A stretch of DNA of 64,000 nucleotides from Octopus vulgaris (lineage: Eukaryota). Below are positions 50,963 to 64,000 of the stretch, one piece after another. The stretch is from assembly GCA_951406725.2 (NCBI GenBank), contig OX597814.1:224440001-224504000 (forward strand), read 5' to 3'. How positions within the stretch are numbered: position 1 is the first letter of the stretch; each line of letters begins with the position of its first letter. A program made the translations under genes and the position numbers. The notes under the pieces were generated by a model. The model was given only the letters and a program-made list of their open reading frames with translations, was not told the DNA's origin and searched no databases.

Positions 50963-51557
50963 TAATTCATATTTTTTATGCTAATTAATAATGTGTCAGC
51001 AGTGTTGTTGATAATTTTTCCTTACCTCAAAGGTGCCGGTGACATATATTAAAAGTCCCCTTATAGTACTATATTCATAAAAAATGTATAGAACTATATT
51101 ATCACCCTCAAGTTTGAGAAACAAACACTCATAACGTTTTTCTTTTAAAACATCATTGCATGAGATTGATATCATGACATTCCTAGAATTATACTCTATC
51201 ATTTAAGCTTAATTAGAATATAGTTTGTTTTTAAAATAAAAAAGTTAATTATACTTAAATCCAATTTTTTGCCTTGTATTTTTTTTCATGATATTTTACC
51301 TCACAACATTTTTGATACAAATGTTTGTTGCATCGGAAGAAAACTATGAAATTCTTCACGCTTTCTTCTATTATTGAAGTTAAGATAAATATAATTTGTT
51401 TTTAAAATAAAAAAACATGTTATTTAGATCTAAACTTGATTGGTGGTGTTACTTACTCTCCAATACGTTGCTACAAATTTTTATGTAAACTTTTTTCAAC
51501 TCGATCAAATTTCAATATAGCGGCCTTAAGAATATTATTCAACTATTACCGTAGTTG

Positions 51558-51607
<50 letters not shown>

Positions 51608-53247
51608 GTGTGTGTGTGTGTGTGTGAGTAGTTATGTAAGTATATATATTATGTATGCATGTATATATGTATGTATGTATGTATGTATATATCTGTGTGT
51701 GTGTGTGTGTACACACACATATTTATGTGTATGTGAATGTATGAATTCCCTGGACGAGACTATTATACCAACGATAAATTCTTAATTCAGTTGAGTTAAT
51801 CGACTAAAAAATTATGCTAATCGAATAAAATGGATGCTCAACATAAAAGTTTAGTTTGTTCAACATTCACATAATGTTTGCTAAAATAGCATTTATTTGT
51901 TATATATATATCTTTTATGATGTCTGTGTTATTTTTGTGATAAATAATACAGAGAAGAAAAATGCTAATTCGCATAAATTTTTTGTATGACTAAGGACTT
52001 TCAAATATTTTGAGAGAACTGAAGGTCTTTTGATATCTCGTCAGCTCTTTTGCATTATATCCCGGCGTCACACAATAGAGAAATAGCTAGCTGTGAAAAT
52101 AGGTACCTCGAAAATATTCCTACGAATGATTTTCGGGAATGTGTGCAATTCGAATAATTGGAGCATGAGTATTTTCTGTGTTTGTCTCTTTGTTATTCAG
52201 CTTTGCAAATGCTCCTATTTCAGACTTTACGCTGAGTATAACTGGTGTTATCGGCATATCTTATAATTTGTAACCAACCAAACAGAAAATGTTATCCTTA
52301 AGAAAACTCACAAACAGAACCTTATGAGAAATGAGTCAAACTGTACCCCACCACCTATATGTTATGCTACAATAAAAAGTAGATTACTTTAAGATCCTTT
52401 TTGCCCCCTTTTTATTTCTGTAAGTTGTTGTTTTGTATTTCAGGAGGTAGACAGTACATAACTTTGTTATTGGTCGCAGTCGACTGCCGCTAATTTCAAT
52501 GTCTATAATAACCCTAGACTAAATTACTCTATGAATGTTAATTGTTAAGGAGGTTTCTTATTTCTTTATAGTATATGAAATAAAATAACTGGGCTAGTGG
52601 AAAGATATACAGAAATATAGTCAAATATTTCTCACCAAACAATTTTAAAGTTAACAATGTATTTCTGACAAGAAATATCTAATGAAAACATGGCTGCTAC
52701 CATGTGTTGGTGTTTTGAAGAACACCAGATCAGTATTCAATGATGATAATTTGTTATGCAAGAGTTTCCTCGCATTAGATCATAGGTTTGAGAGAGGTAA
52801 AAACATAATTCACTACATATTAATATTCATAATGCGGCGGGTTTGTTTTCTCATGTTAGATAAAATATAGTTGAAGAAGAAATTACTCAACAGACAGTTA
52901 ATAACAACGTAACTTATTATCTTGGCCATATTTTCAAATCCTTAATGCAGAAGTAGAACCTCTCCAAGAAAACAATTGGTTCGTGTATGTTACTGTATAA
53001 AAGTTCAAATGTTTAGAGTCGGGGAATCAACCGTATGTTTGGATCTGAAAGTCCGTCTCACTATGTATTATTACGAACAGACTATATCATTATTTTTACA
53101 TTTCATGCCTCTATGTGTATTGAGCATTCTCATTCTCCTTGAGTAAACAGGTATAACCTATAACAGACAAATAGACACGCACATATACGCATACATATAT
53201 TTGTATATGTGTAGCTACATACGCGTACTTACATATACACATGTGCG

Positions 53248-53278
<31 letters not shown>

Positions 53279-53832
53279 GATACTGTTTGTTTTTATGCTG
53301 AATCATAACTTAACATTTTATGTCGAGTTTATGTCCTTTCTGCTAAAGGCACAAAATCTGAAATTTGGGGGAAAGGATTAATCGATTATATCGATCCCAG
53401 TACTTGATAGGTACTGATTTTATCAATCGCGAAGGGTGAAATGCAAAGTCGATCTCAGCGAAATTTAAACTCAGAATGTAATGATGTGGAGTTATATAAA
53501 AAGGAGACAATTTTACATTAACCTGAAAGAGTACTCAATACTTTTTGTAGAGTGCAACTCTATTATGCTGCTTTTACGAGAATATGACTCCAAAGTTTCG
53601 GCCCACGAGACTTTATCGGATTTAAAGTAGAAAGCTGAAACTTGGAAGTCGCTGTCACCTTTGTTTTCGTAAAAGCATAATATAAATGCATACACACGCA
53701 CACACATGCGCAAACTCACACACACGCATACATACATACACACACACGGGCGCACACACGTACACACATATAGTGAGAGAGAAAGAGACGGATACATACA
53801 TACATACATACATACATACATACATACATACA

Positions 53833-53864
<32 letters not shown>

Positions 53865-54038
53865 CATATATATAATTAATAGTGACACAATCTCACACAC
53901 ACACACATACACACACACGCACACACGCACGCGTACACACACACACATACATCTAATACAATGCCTATGTATGTTTTGTAATGATACTAGATGTCAAAAG
54001 CAGCAATCTGAAAGTGAAAAGTAGCAATCTGAGGCCCA

Positions 54039-54142
<104 letters not shown>

Positions 54143-54574
54143 TGTCTATAAACAATACAGATATGCACACTTTTTTATGTTTAGAAAGACCTTAAACTGT
54201 CAATGTTCGACTCTTCCCTGAACTTTCACCCCGTTATTTGGGGCAGCCATCGTTTTCCAGTGATGACCTACTTGAGCGCCTACCTCAAGATGTTCACTGC
54301 TGTTTGTTTTATCGATTTGCAACAGGATGAGAGGTTCAGGCAATCACGAAAGGTCAAACAAAACAACAACTCGTTTCAGGCTTTAAATATCCGGTCTAGA
54401 TCGCAATTATGCATTGTCTTTCAGTTGATATAAAGCGACACGAACACACAGACAGACACACACGAGAGACTTGCACGCGCGTATCTAAACATGTGAATGA
54501 GTGTGCGTATGCGCACGTGCGTGTATACGTACGCGCGGGGGATATGTATTTTTGTATATATGTGTGTATATGTA

Positions 54575-54611
<37 letters not shown>

Positions 54612-54641
54612 GTCTATCTATCTATCTATCTATCTATCTAT

Positions 54642-54690
<49 letters not shown>

Positions 54691-54781
54691 TACACGTTCA
54701 TTTATGGATGTACGTGTGTCTGCTTATATCTCTGTGTGCAAGTATATAAATTTATGTGTATACATTTGTATCTTATATATC

Positions 54782-54830
<49 letters not shown>

Positions 54831-55735
54831 AATTCATTCATATGTATATATATATATATAAATATATAAAAAATTCAGAGTGAATACTTGATAACAGTAA
54901 GCACCTGTATACGCCAGCTAGTGGTGTAGGTAGTAGGGTATTACCGAGTGAAAGACGGTATGGACGCTTTATTTTTGTTTTGGTGTCTCGCGCTGCTGTA
55001 TGCGAATATGAGGATTTGCTTCCCAAACTTATAATGTAACTTATAATGTAATACATGTCTTTGGTGTGGTAATTGTGCGCGGCTGAAGAAGGCAATTGAC
55101 ATACATATTACATCAATTATGCAATGATAAAAACTGTCTAATAAAGCCGGAAACGTATGTACCGCTAAATCCTTTGCATCCTGTTTTTCTTTTGATAAAT
55201 ATATAAATATATATATAGATATAGATATAGATATATATCCATATATATAAGTATGCATATATGCATGTATATATTTGTATATACACATACATACACGGAA
55301 GCATATATGGAATGTATGGGGGTAGGTGTATGTTTATGTTTGATTTTATGTCTTTGGCGCAGGCATGGCTAAGTGTTTACGTCGCTTGCTTGCAACTAGG
55401 ACATCCCTAGTTCGATCCTACAGCATAACAGCTTTAGCCAGCTGCATTTATCATATTCCTTGATCGACCCAAACCTTGTGAGTCAACCCAGACAAATGGA
55501 ACTGTAGCAGCAATTCGGATGCACTGTATCGGCATTTTAAAGGTCCAGTCTTTTTACGTCTGTGTTCTTTGATTCTGTTTAAGGATTTCCTCAATGGCAC
55601 ACGCGTGTGTGTGTGTGTTTAATACTCAGCTTCTTCGTCTTCCACAATGAGTTGATTGTCCAGTTCGTCAAACAGCTGAATGTTCATATATCTAAATATA
55701 CATAAGAATCCATTACTTGTATGCATGTATGTATG

Positions 55736-55767
<32 letters not shown>

Positions 55768-55920
55768 CATGTATGTATGTATGTATGTATGCCTGCATGC
55801 ATGCATGCATGTATGTATGTATGTATGTATGTATGTATGTATGCATGTACAGGTGTGTGTATGTATGTATGCATGTATGTATGTATGTATGTATGTATGT
55901 ATGTATGTATGTATGTATGC

Positions 55921-56103
55921 AAGGCAGCGAGCTGGCAGAAACGTTAGCACGCCGTTACGTTCTGAGGTCGACTTTGCCTTTCATCCTTTCGGGGTCGATA
56001 AATTAAGTACCAATTTCGCACTGGGGTCGATGTAATCGACTTAATCCGTTTGTCTGTCCTTGTTTGTCCTCTCTGTATTTAACCCCTTGTGGGTAGTAAA
56101 GAA

Positions 56104-56105
<2 letters not shown>
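55921..56105 (+). mobile_element. SINE B (tail 1, internal deletions) inserted in (TATG)n
   Basis: Family homology. (TATG)n on both flanks. Confidence 0.9.
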
Positions 56106-56134
<29 letters not shown>

Positions 56135-56589
56135 TGTATGTATGTATGTATGTATGTATGTATGTATGTATGTATATATGCGAGGCTCTGAGACAGTAGA
56201 AATACTCTAGTTGGTGTTTGAGGGTGCAGTAATCCACTGGCAATTAGGGACCTTAGATCTTTCTCAAGTTATACCTCTAGGAGAAGGCTAAGTCACATAT
56301 AGATCTCGCTGCCCTGCTGAACCGTGTATCTTGCACTTTGCTTGTCTCTTAGCTTCTTGGTATTGCTAGTGAGAGTCGTTGTGGTGCTGAATGGGGATTG
56401 TTGACACTTGCTTGTCAGTAATGGTCATGCTCGTCTACCGAGTATACAGACGGCCGTCATGTGTGTGTCTGTGCGCGTATGTATGTATACATGCATACAC
56501 ATTTCTTATCCTCTTTTCAATTTAGAGATAATATTGATCAGCCAACTGCTTGGAAGGGAGGTTGTGAAGGAAGGTATCTTGCTTTATTT

Positions 56590-57750
56590 CTCAATTTTCA
56601 AATCTTAAGAAAGTCTTGCAGAATTTTATTGTCCCAAATATCGTGATCCTTTTTTTTTTGCGTACAAATTAAAGTGTTGCAATCCTCTCGAAGAATCTAA
56701 TTTCAGCCATACTTTGTTCTAGGAGTATTGGTGTATAGGAGTATCCTATTTCTCCAGCAATAATATGTACGAAGCTGGAAGTGCATCTTGAGGACTGGAT
56801 TTGCAAACTCCTCATCAAGGGTCTATAGATGTTCTCCTCTTGCATTCGTCTGACCACCCTGATTTCCACAATAGAGCATGTTTTGTCCATGTGGTCCCAT
56901 GCAACAATATATGACAGGTTGTCTTTTAGTTTGGTGACTGCTTTCGTTTTTAAGTTCCCCCCATCAGTCTAGCTATAACCATTTTTATCTGCTGGTGTTT
57001 TCGTTGTTCTTTTTCTGATCTAGAACTTTCTGGCCACTACACTATGTCACACTAGTAGACTGTTTCAAGAAGACAGTCTTTCGTATTTGCCAACAGTGTG
57101 GATGAAGCCTTCAGTTCTAGATGCGCACTGCCGACATTTGTTGTCCGTCAATGTTTTCTACTCTTTATGCTGTATTTGGTTGGGGTTCTCTTGCTCTTGA
57201 GTTGCATGGAGTTCAAAGTGCGATGTCATAATCTTGTCGGTTCTCTTCTATCGTTTGTGATTTTTATGTTAAGTACCCATGCACTACTTTCCCAGTGAAC
57301 TGGACCATTTTAAAAATTTTGTTGTGTTATATAGAAGTTTCCAATGCTGCTTGGGGAGCGACCTGCATGAGCTCTTATTTTATGCCTCGCCTCAGGCTCA
57401 TTAGATTGCCTAATGATGTTATTTTTATGCTTACAATGCAGTTCTCTGCCTAATCTATACTAGTCTGTAGAAGCATGTGTTCCATCTCAGAGATTAGTAA
57501 CCTCTCTGTTCCTTCCGACAACGGATTTATCGTTCATTCGCCCATCTCAAAATTGCTGATACTAATCGTTAATATTCAACCAATCAACTTGTCTAACGTC
57601 TTCCATGATATCAGTAACCAGTGGAACGGCTTCTGTATAGACATGTCTACTGGGTGGTGGGGAGAGTGTCCAGCATCACTTGTCAGATCGTATCTTCGTA
57701 ACATCAGCTGATGGATCTCTCTGCAACTAAAATTCTATCAAATTTGCCAT
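56590..57750 (-). pseudogene. decayed R4-like (RLE) non-LTR retrotransposon
   Basis: WDHMDKTCSIVEI..EENIYRPLMRSLQI..FVHIIAGEIGY and C-terminal TIFGTIKFCKTFLRFEN*. Same class as 22385-22760. The 5' boundary is uncertain. Confidence 0.65.
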
Positions 57751-58246
57751 ACCAAGAATTTCATAAATTCTTTCTTTTAGAATTTAATTATTTATTTGCT
57801 ACCTCTAACATAGCTCACTCGTCAGCAGATGAGGTATAAAGACCTCTTTAACTATCCTCTCAAAGACAACCACATTAACCAAGGCACTTCCTATCACACC
57901 AACACTCTCACAAAGAAGGACGACGAAACTATTCTCCAAAGATGATGTGACGTTCATCTATTTCAACAGCGAATATACGGTTACAAAAGATAACAGGGAA
58001 CACTATTACAGATCGCCATCTTGTTTTGGTCAGCACACAATTAAATCCAGCACAGGCTCGCTGAACATACTAAGTCTCACAGTCACTGATGATCTTCCCT
58101 GACGATCTTACTGTCACAGCATAGTGATAACTAAGCCCTCGAAACAGAATTTTTATTAGGGCCAGAAAAGATTTCAGATCCGACTCGCCACTGATTCACT
58201 ACAAAGCTCAGATGACACTCTGATCTGCCATTTGGAACGGACTACT

Positions 58247-58308
<62 letters not shown>

Positions 58309-59959
58309 CTCACACGCACGCACACACACACGCGCGCGTAATCTCTCTCTCTCTCTCTCTCTCTGCCTTCTCACACGCACGCACACACACACACACGCGC
58401 GTAATTGACGTCAGCCTTGTTAGTAATATTGTTTCGACATAAACTACATCAGATGGATTGTACAAAACTAACCTTATCTCTCATACACACCTTGACATTG
58501 AGTTCACTGGACGTTTACTTGAAGGGTACTGATATCAGTGGAAAGCACAACCACCCAGACCAATGAATAAGTAGTGCAGTTTATCGAATGAACACAAATG
58601 CAAACATGTCAACAAACAGGCAGGTAGACAGCGAGCGAGACATAGATACCACATAGACACCATCTTACTGATTGGCAAGGGTTCGTTCGCAACTTCTAGG
58701 CCATATAACCCTTTTCCTGTTACCCTTCCTCCTCTTCTGGAATGCCTGATGACATTTTATTCATGGTAACATATCTCATAACATACCGCACAAAATAGCT
58801 TGCAAAAAACCTTAGATTCTTCATTTCTCGTCAGGTCTTTGCCAATTCTGTGCAATTCTTTGCCAATTCTCCTGAGATCCGCTGTTTCAGTCCAGATCTA
58901 TCTGAGTAAATGTTAGTGGATAACCAAAAACTTAATTTAGGCAAGTTCCTTCATATCTCCCACTCACTCAAAGCTGATACCTCCACCAATTGGTCCACCT
59001 ACAACGCTGTTGAACAAGTGGCAAATAATGTGCTATAAGTAGAAGGCATTCACTTTAACCATCAATTACGAGCAATTCTCAACATTTTCGTTTAAAGTGC
59101 TAGAGATAGCAGTCAAATCTTTTTCTCAAATTCACCCACATCTTTTGGAATAAGGAAAAATATTTTTGAAATATAGTCCCTCATATACAAACAAAAGCTA
59201 GGAGGCGTTCAGGCTAGAGCATCTTGGATTATAGGTCTGATCGATAAGGACTTATTTGGCGCTTAAAAAACACAAATATCACTGTCTCTCCAAACGCCAT
59301 CAACAATAAAACTAACAGCATTCAAAGAACATACACCTAAGATCGTTCTTTTATTTCAGTCCTCCAAAACTAATTTAACGTTTCAAGTTTCTTATCAATA
59401 TTGTATTTTATTCATCAAATTCCGCTGAGGTCGACTTTACTTTCCATCCTCTCGGAATCGATAAAATAAGTACCAGCTGAGTATAGGAGTCGATGCCATT
59501 GACATACATTCTCCCACGAATTTGCTGTATTTCAGTCAAAAGTTTAAACCAGTATTGTATTCTGTTTATAACAATATTTTTCGATGCTCCATTAATTTCC
59601 ACGAAGTCGATTTTTTTTTGAGATCGGGACGTGACAGTTATTAGCTTCTTTTTCATGGGTTTTATTGTTTGATTGTGTGATTTTGTTCCCATATTTTGAT
59701 AATATATTACCTTATTTTATTGAACTGTTCTCAGACTACTATATTATTACTGGTCCTTTGTTTACACATTTTATCTTCTGGTTCCCATATATAAATTTGA
59801 CATTCAGTACAGTAATTTGATATTATTCTTTCTTTTGCTAAAATTAGCCAGTGAAAAATGTTTAAAAATCAGAGGCTGTCAGCTTTACATAATCTTGTTT
59901 AGCTTTTACTTTCCTTTTTCGTTTTTTTTTTTGTATTATAAAGATGCTGTTTTATTCCT

Positions 59960-60148
59960 TGCGATGATAAAGAAGCTCAATTTTCAACCAAGTAGTTTCG
60001 GATTAAGTGCCACTGTGTGGTATACTGAGCATTGCGCGGCACATTGAGCAAGCGTCTCTTACTGTAACCCCTGACCAATCAATGCTTTTTCGGTGAATTT
60101 TGGAGATGGAAACTAGTTGAAAGGCCGTTGTGTACACACACACACACA

Positions 60149-60189
<41 letters not shown>

Positions 60190-60495
60190 GAAAATACACA
60201 AACACATATATATATATGTATGTAAGTGTTCTTTGTGTTTGTGTTTGTCTCACCGTTTGACAACTGGTATTAGCTGGCAGAAACGTTAGCACGCCGGGCG
60301 AAATGCTTAGCGGTATTTCGTCTGCCGTTACGTTGTGAGTTCAAATTCCACCGAGGTCGACTTTGCCTTTCATCCTTTCGGGGTCGATAAATTAAGTACC
60401 AGTTACGCACTGGGGTCGATGTAATCGACTTAATACCTATGCCTGTCCTTGTTTGTCCCCTCTGTGTTTAGCCCCTTGTGGGTAATAAAGAAATA
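59960..60495 (+). mobile_element. old SINE A interrupted by young SINE B (60271-60495)
   Basis: A body to ..TTGACAACTGGTATT, then B, with GGTATTAG duplicated at both B ends. Confidence 0.85.
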
Positions 60496-61167
60496 GGTAT
60501 TAGTTTATTCATGTCTCCTAAACTAACCGGTTTCATTGGTCTAGAGTTAGGTGACGTCCCGATGTATTTGTAATTTTTTCCGCGAACGGATCTGATTTTT
60601 GATTCGTTAAAGTACTGGTGACATCTTGTTTTTCTGGTGGTCAAGATTGTCCTTCTGCTTGGTTGGCTTCCCTGTGGGGAACGGTCATCAGTTGTTCCAT
60701 TTGCTTGATTCTCTCAAAGGGTCGTTTTGTTGCATTTGCCGAAGTTCAGTTTTGATCGGAGGTAAAATTTCATTGGCCTAGAGTTAGGTGATATCAGCAA
60801 CTGGTGTTTGTGTGGTGTATCTGTTAAAAAGAAGAAAAAACACTAAAGAGAAAAAGGAAAAAAAGACTCAATTTCTCCTCAAAAAAAAAACAAACAAAAA
60901 AAACAGCCAGGTATAACAGACAATTTTTGAAAACTTTAGTAGGTCTTCCAACCGTGTTTCGAAACCGCAACTACAAATCACAATACAATAATACCAGTTA
61001 CCGACGTCGGTATTTACTATGTAGTTTGTTTTAATAAGCACATCTACAGTATCAGCTCTTACCAAAACGATCCCCGTGTAAAGTGGCGATGAACCGATTA
61101 TGGTGTTATGCAATAAAACGTGTTGCTCAATCCCTTCCTTTTAGTTGATAACATATATATGTGTGTA

Positions 61168-62070
61168 CACAGTGTCCTGAAAATAATGCAACTGAAGTTT
61201 CGGGCTCTACTAACAATTAATAAATGAGATAAGATATGAAAATTATGCGTCATTATAAAAGCTTAGATTGTCTTCTTGTTTCAGACTAATTAAATTCAGA
61301 TTTATAAATTAGATTATGGCTATAGACCGAAATACAATAGTAACCCTCCACAAAGGAGGTGAAAGTAATGCAGCTATAGCAAAAAGGTTTAAAATTAAGC
61401 GAACAACACTCTGGAAAATTGTCAAGAAATTTCAAGATGCTGGTTCCACCGCTGCTCGGCCTGGACGTAGCCGAAAAAGAAACCCTTCAGCTTATCAAAG
61501 TACCAGAGGAAAGATACGGCGAAATCCTTGTTCCGTCAGAAAACTGTCTGCCACAGCAAAAATAAACTGAGCATCGATGTATCGGGTGCTGAAGGAAGAT
61601 CTCAGGACTCACCCCTACTAGATGGTCTGCTGTCATGAGCTCACGTAAGTTTATAAGGCCATGAGACTGGAGATAAGTCGTCTTATCCTGTAACAGATTG
61701 CTGAAGGCACGCTGCCCAACCTGGTTTTCTCTGATGAAAAGAAATTTGAAATCGAACAGCAGACTGTAAATCACCAGAATGACCTACTTTGGAGTGTATC
61801 TGGCTCCGTCGAATGTAGACTCATAAATCGACGTCAAAATCCACAGTCGGTTGTGGTTTGGACGACTGTCTAGAATCTGAACTGCTTCCATAGACGAATG
61901 AGCACTTTCAAGACGCACCTTAGAGTCTCCAACAAGACTCGGTACCCACAGCTCCAAACAGACACAATATTGGATTCAGAAAAAAACATTCCGGCGTTGA
62001 TAGGCAAGGATGTATGGTCCTCAAGAAACCACGATCTCAACCCGTTGAATTTTTCTGTTTGGTCCATTTA
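61168..62070 (+). pseudogene. Tc1/mariner superfamily (maT/DD37D-like) transposase remnant
   Basis: MAIDRNTIVTLHKGGESNAAIAKRFKI..VKKFQDAGS..RPGRSRKR (paired-like HTH), IRRNP..SVRKLS, VFSDEKKFEIEQ..NHQND, RQNPQSVVVW and WSSRNHDLNPLNFSVWS. Stops, frameshifts and a central deletion. TA|CACAGTGT terminus. Confidence 0.9.
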
Positions 62071-62771
62071 TCCACCCCGAAAGGATGGAAGGCAAAGATG
62101 ACCGAGGTGAAAGTTAAATTGTGAATGCAATGTGCCAGAAAACTTAATACGAATTGATATTAATAAATATTGCAAGACATTTAATCCGACGCATCTGAAT
62201 TTTCTGTTGGTACTAATGGAGTTCATCATCTTGAACTAATGATGGTTTTTATGAGATATCAAAAATGCCTTTGTTTCATAAGCGTGGAGCTAAATCTTGG
62301 TTTCGGATTTTGCTACAAAGCCAGCAACTTCGGGGAGGAGGCAAATCGATTGCATCGATCCCAGTGCTCAACCGGTCCTTATTTGATCGACTTCGAAAGG
62401 GTAAAATGTAAAGTCGAAGTCGGTAGAATTTGGACTGAGAACGTAGAGGTGGACGAAGCATTTTATTGCCTTCATGCCTTTCCTTGGACACATTATCCAT
62501 TCGTCTTCTTACTGACTTACCGACATTGGTTCTTGCGAATGATATAAATTATTAAAATACTAATAATTTATCTGATTTAAAAAAGAAAAGCAGATTCTTA
62601 TGTAAACCATGAACGAAATCATCCATGAAATAGCTTCACTGAAATAATCTATTTGTAAAATATTTGCATTTCAATTGTCAGGAAATGCTATGTAAGGAGT
62701 TTTCACTTAAATACAAACATACATGCATGCATACATACATACATACATACATACATACATACATACATACA

Positions 62772-62802
<31 letters not shown>

Positions 62803-64000
62803 GTACGTGTGTGTGTGTGTGTGTGTGTAGAAACCATTAATGTAAAGTCATGAAACAGTAGTCGCATTACATTTTACTTGAAAGGGGCTCTGCAATTTAT
62901 GGCGCTCGAAGTCAGTAAAATAAATATTATCTGTAAACTTCACCTCTGCGGTTGATTTATGCAGCATATTAACTCTCTGTTGTGTAATATTATCGGATTA
63001 TTTTATTATTCTTTTATTTCTAAATATGTTTTCAAGCTACGTTTTTTTTTTCTCTCTCTTCATCTTCCAAGAAAGTCTGAAATCTTCAGAGTTGGAACAG
63101 ACTATGACCGATTGGTTCCCTGGAGTGAACAAACAAACAAGTTAGCGAGCAGACATGAAGGATATCTCCAAATTTATGACTACAACAGTTGAGAGTTATT
63201 TTTACAAATAATCTTTTGGAAATCGCCTTTAAACTACTACGATGTAAGATGAGCTTTTAGTTATTTTGACAGAAAAATTATTTAAAGAATCTTCGGTTCT
63301 CAAACTGCTTTTATGCTTTGAAAATTCTCAGTAGATCTTTTTAGTTTACAAAATAAAAAAGATAAATAATATCTACATCCAGCTTTTTTTCGTGATAGAG
63401 GGAAAATATAGGTTACTTGCATCCAGTTATAGAAATGATGTGGGAGTAGGTGTGTATTAGCAAGTTTATTTTTAACGTGTTTAATGTTGGCATTAAAGAG
63501 AACAAATTGTTTATTGGTTATTCTTTGTTAAGTTTCTGCCAAGTAAACTATATCGGTTCCTTCTGACAGTCATTGAGAGATCTCATTGCATTACTGATTA
63601 CGCACAACAAACACAATCGAGAAAAAACAGTACCACTTGGTTAAAGTGATTGAATGAAATACTGTAGTTCTTTTATATCTGTGTGTATATAAAGAACCAA
63701 AACGTATTGGATGTTACACATATAAGGAATGTAAATATATAGTTTTGTTTGCATAGTAAATAAGATTTTCTTTCACTGATTGCCATAAGAATGCTGTGAA
63801 TGCAACATGGTTGAATATTAAGGTTGTTCAGAAATGAGTGTATTAAAAAGAAAATTTTCCTTGTTCTTCTTAGCGACATCAGTTCCGGAACATTAAGGCT
63901 ATGCTACTTACTTTAAAATCTTTCAATAAGTTCATAATGTCGGTAAATAAAACGGATAAAGAAAGAATAAAAACTATCCACAAAACAAGTTTCTGAACAC

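Overview
AT-rich, microsatellite-dense animal DNA with no recognisable host protein-coding exon. The SINE families and (TA)n/(TATG)n/(CA)n load strongly suggest an octopus (coleoid cephalopod) intergenic or intronic region; this is inference from recognition, not a search. Almost all listed ORFs are translations of microsatellites or SINEs. Real content: two abundant tRNA-derived SINE families (here A and B) plus two minor ones; a 5'-truncated Penelope-like element (PLE) with a GIY-YIG endonuclease ORF and inverted pLTRs; R4/Dong-type and CR1/Jockey-type LINE remnants; an internally deleted RTE derivative with TSD; pogo, mariner and maT transposase pseudogenes; several MITEs; and a probable Helitron. 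The most notable signal is a set of at least four distinct type-I hammerhead ribozyme (HHR) motifs. One is apparently intact with a compensatory U3-A8 core (30416-30465), and two lie inside short direct-repeat-bounded, retrozyme-like units. Also notable are monomer, dimer and trimer forms of SINE B each bounded by one TSD, and a four-hairpin array with compensatory changes (39548-39705).
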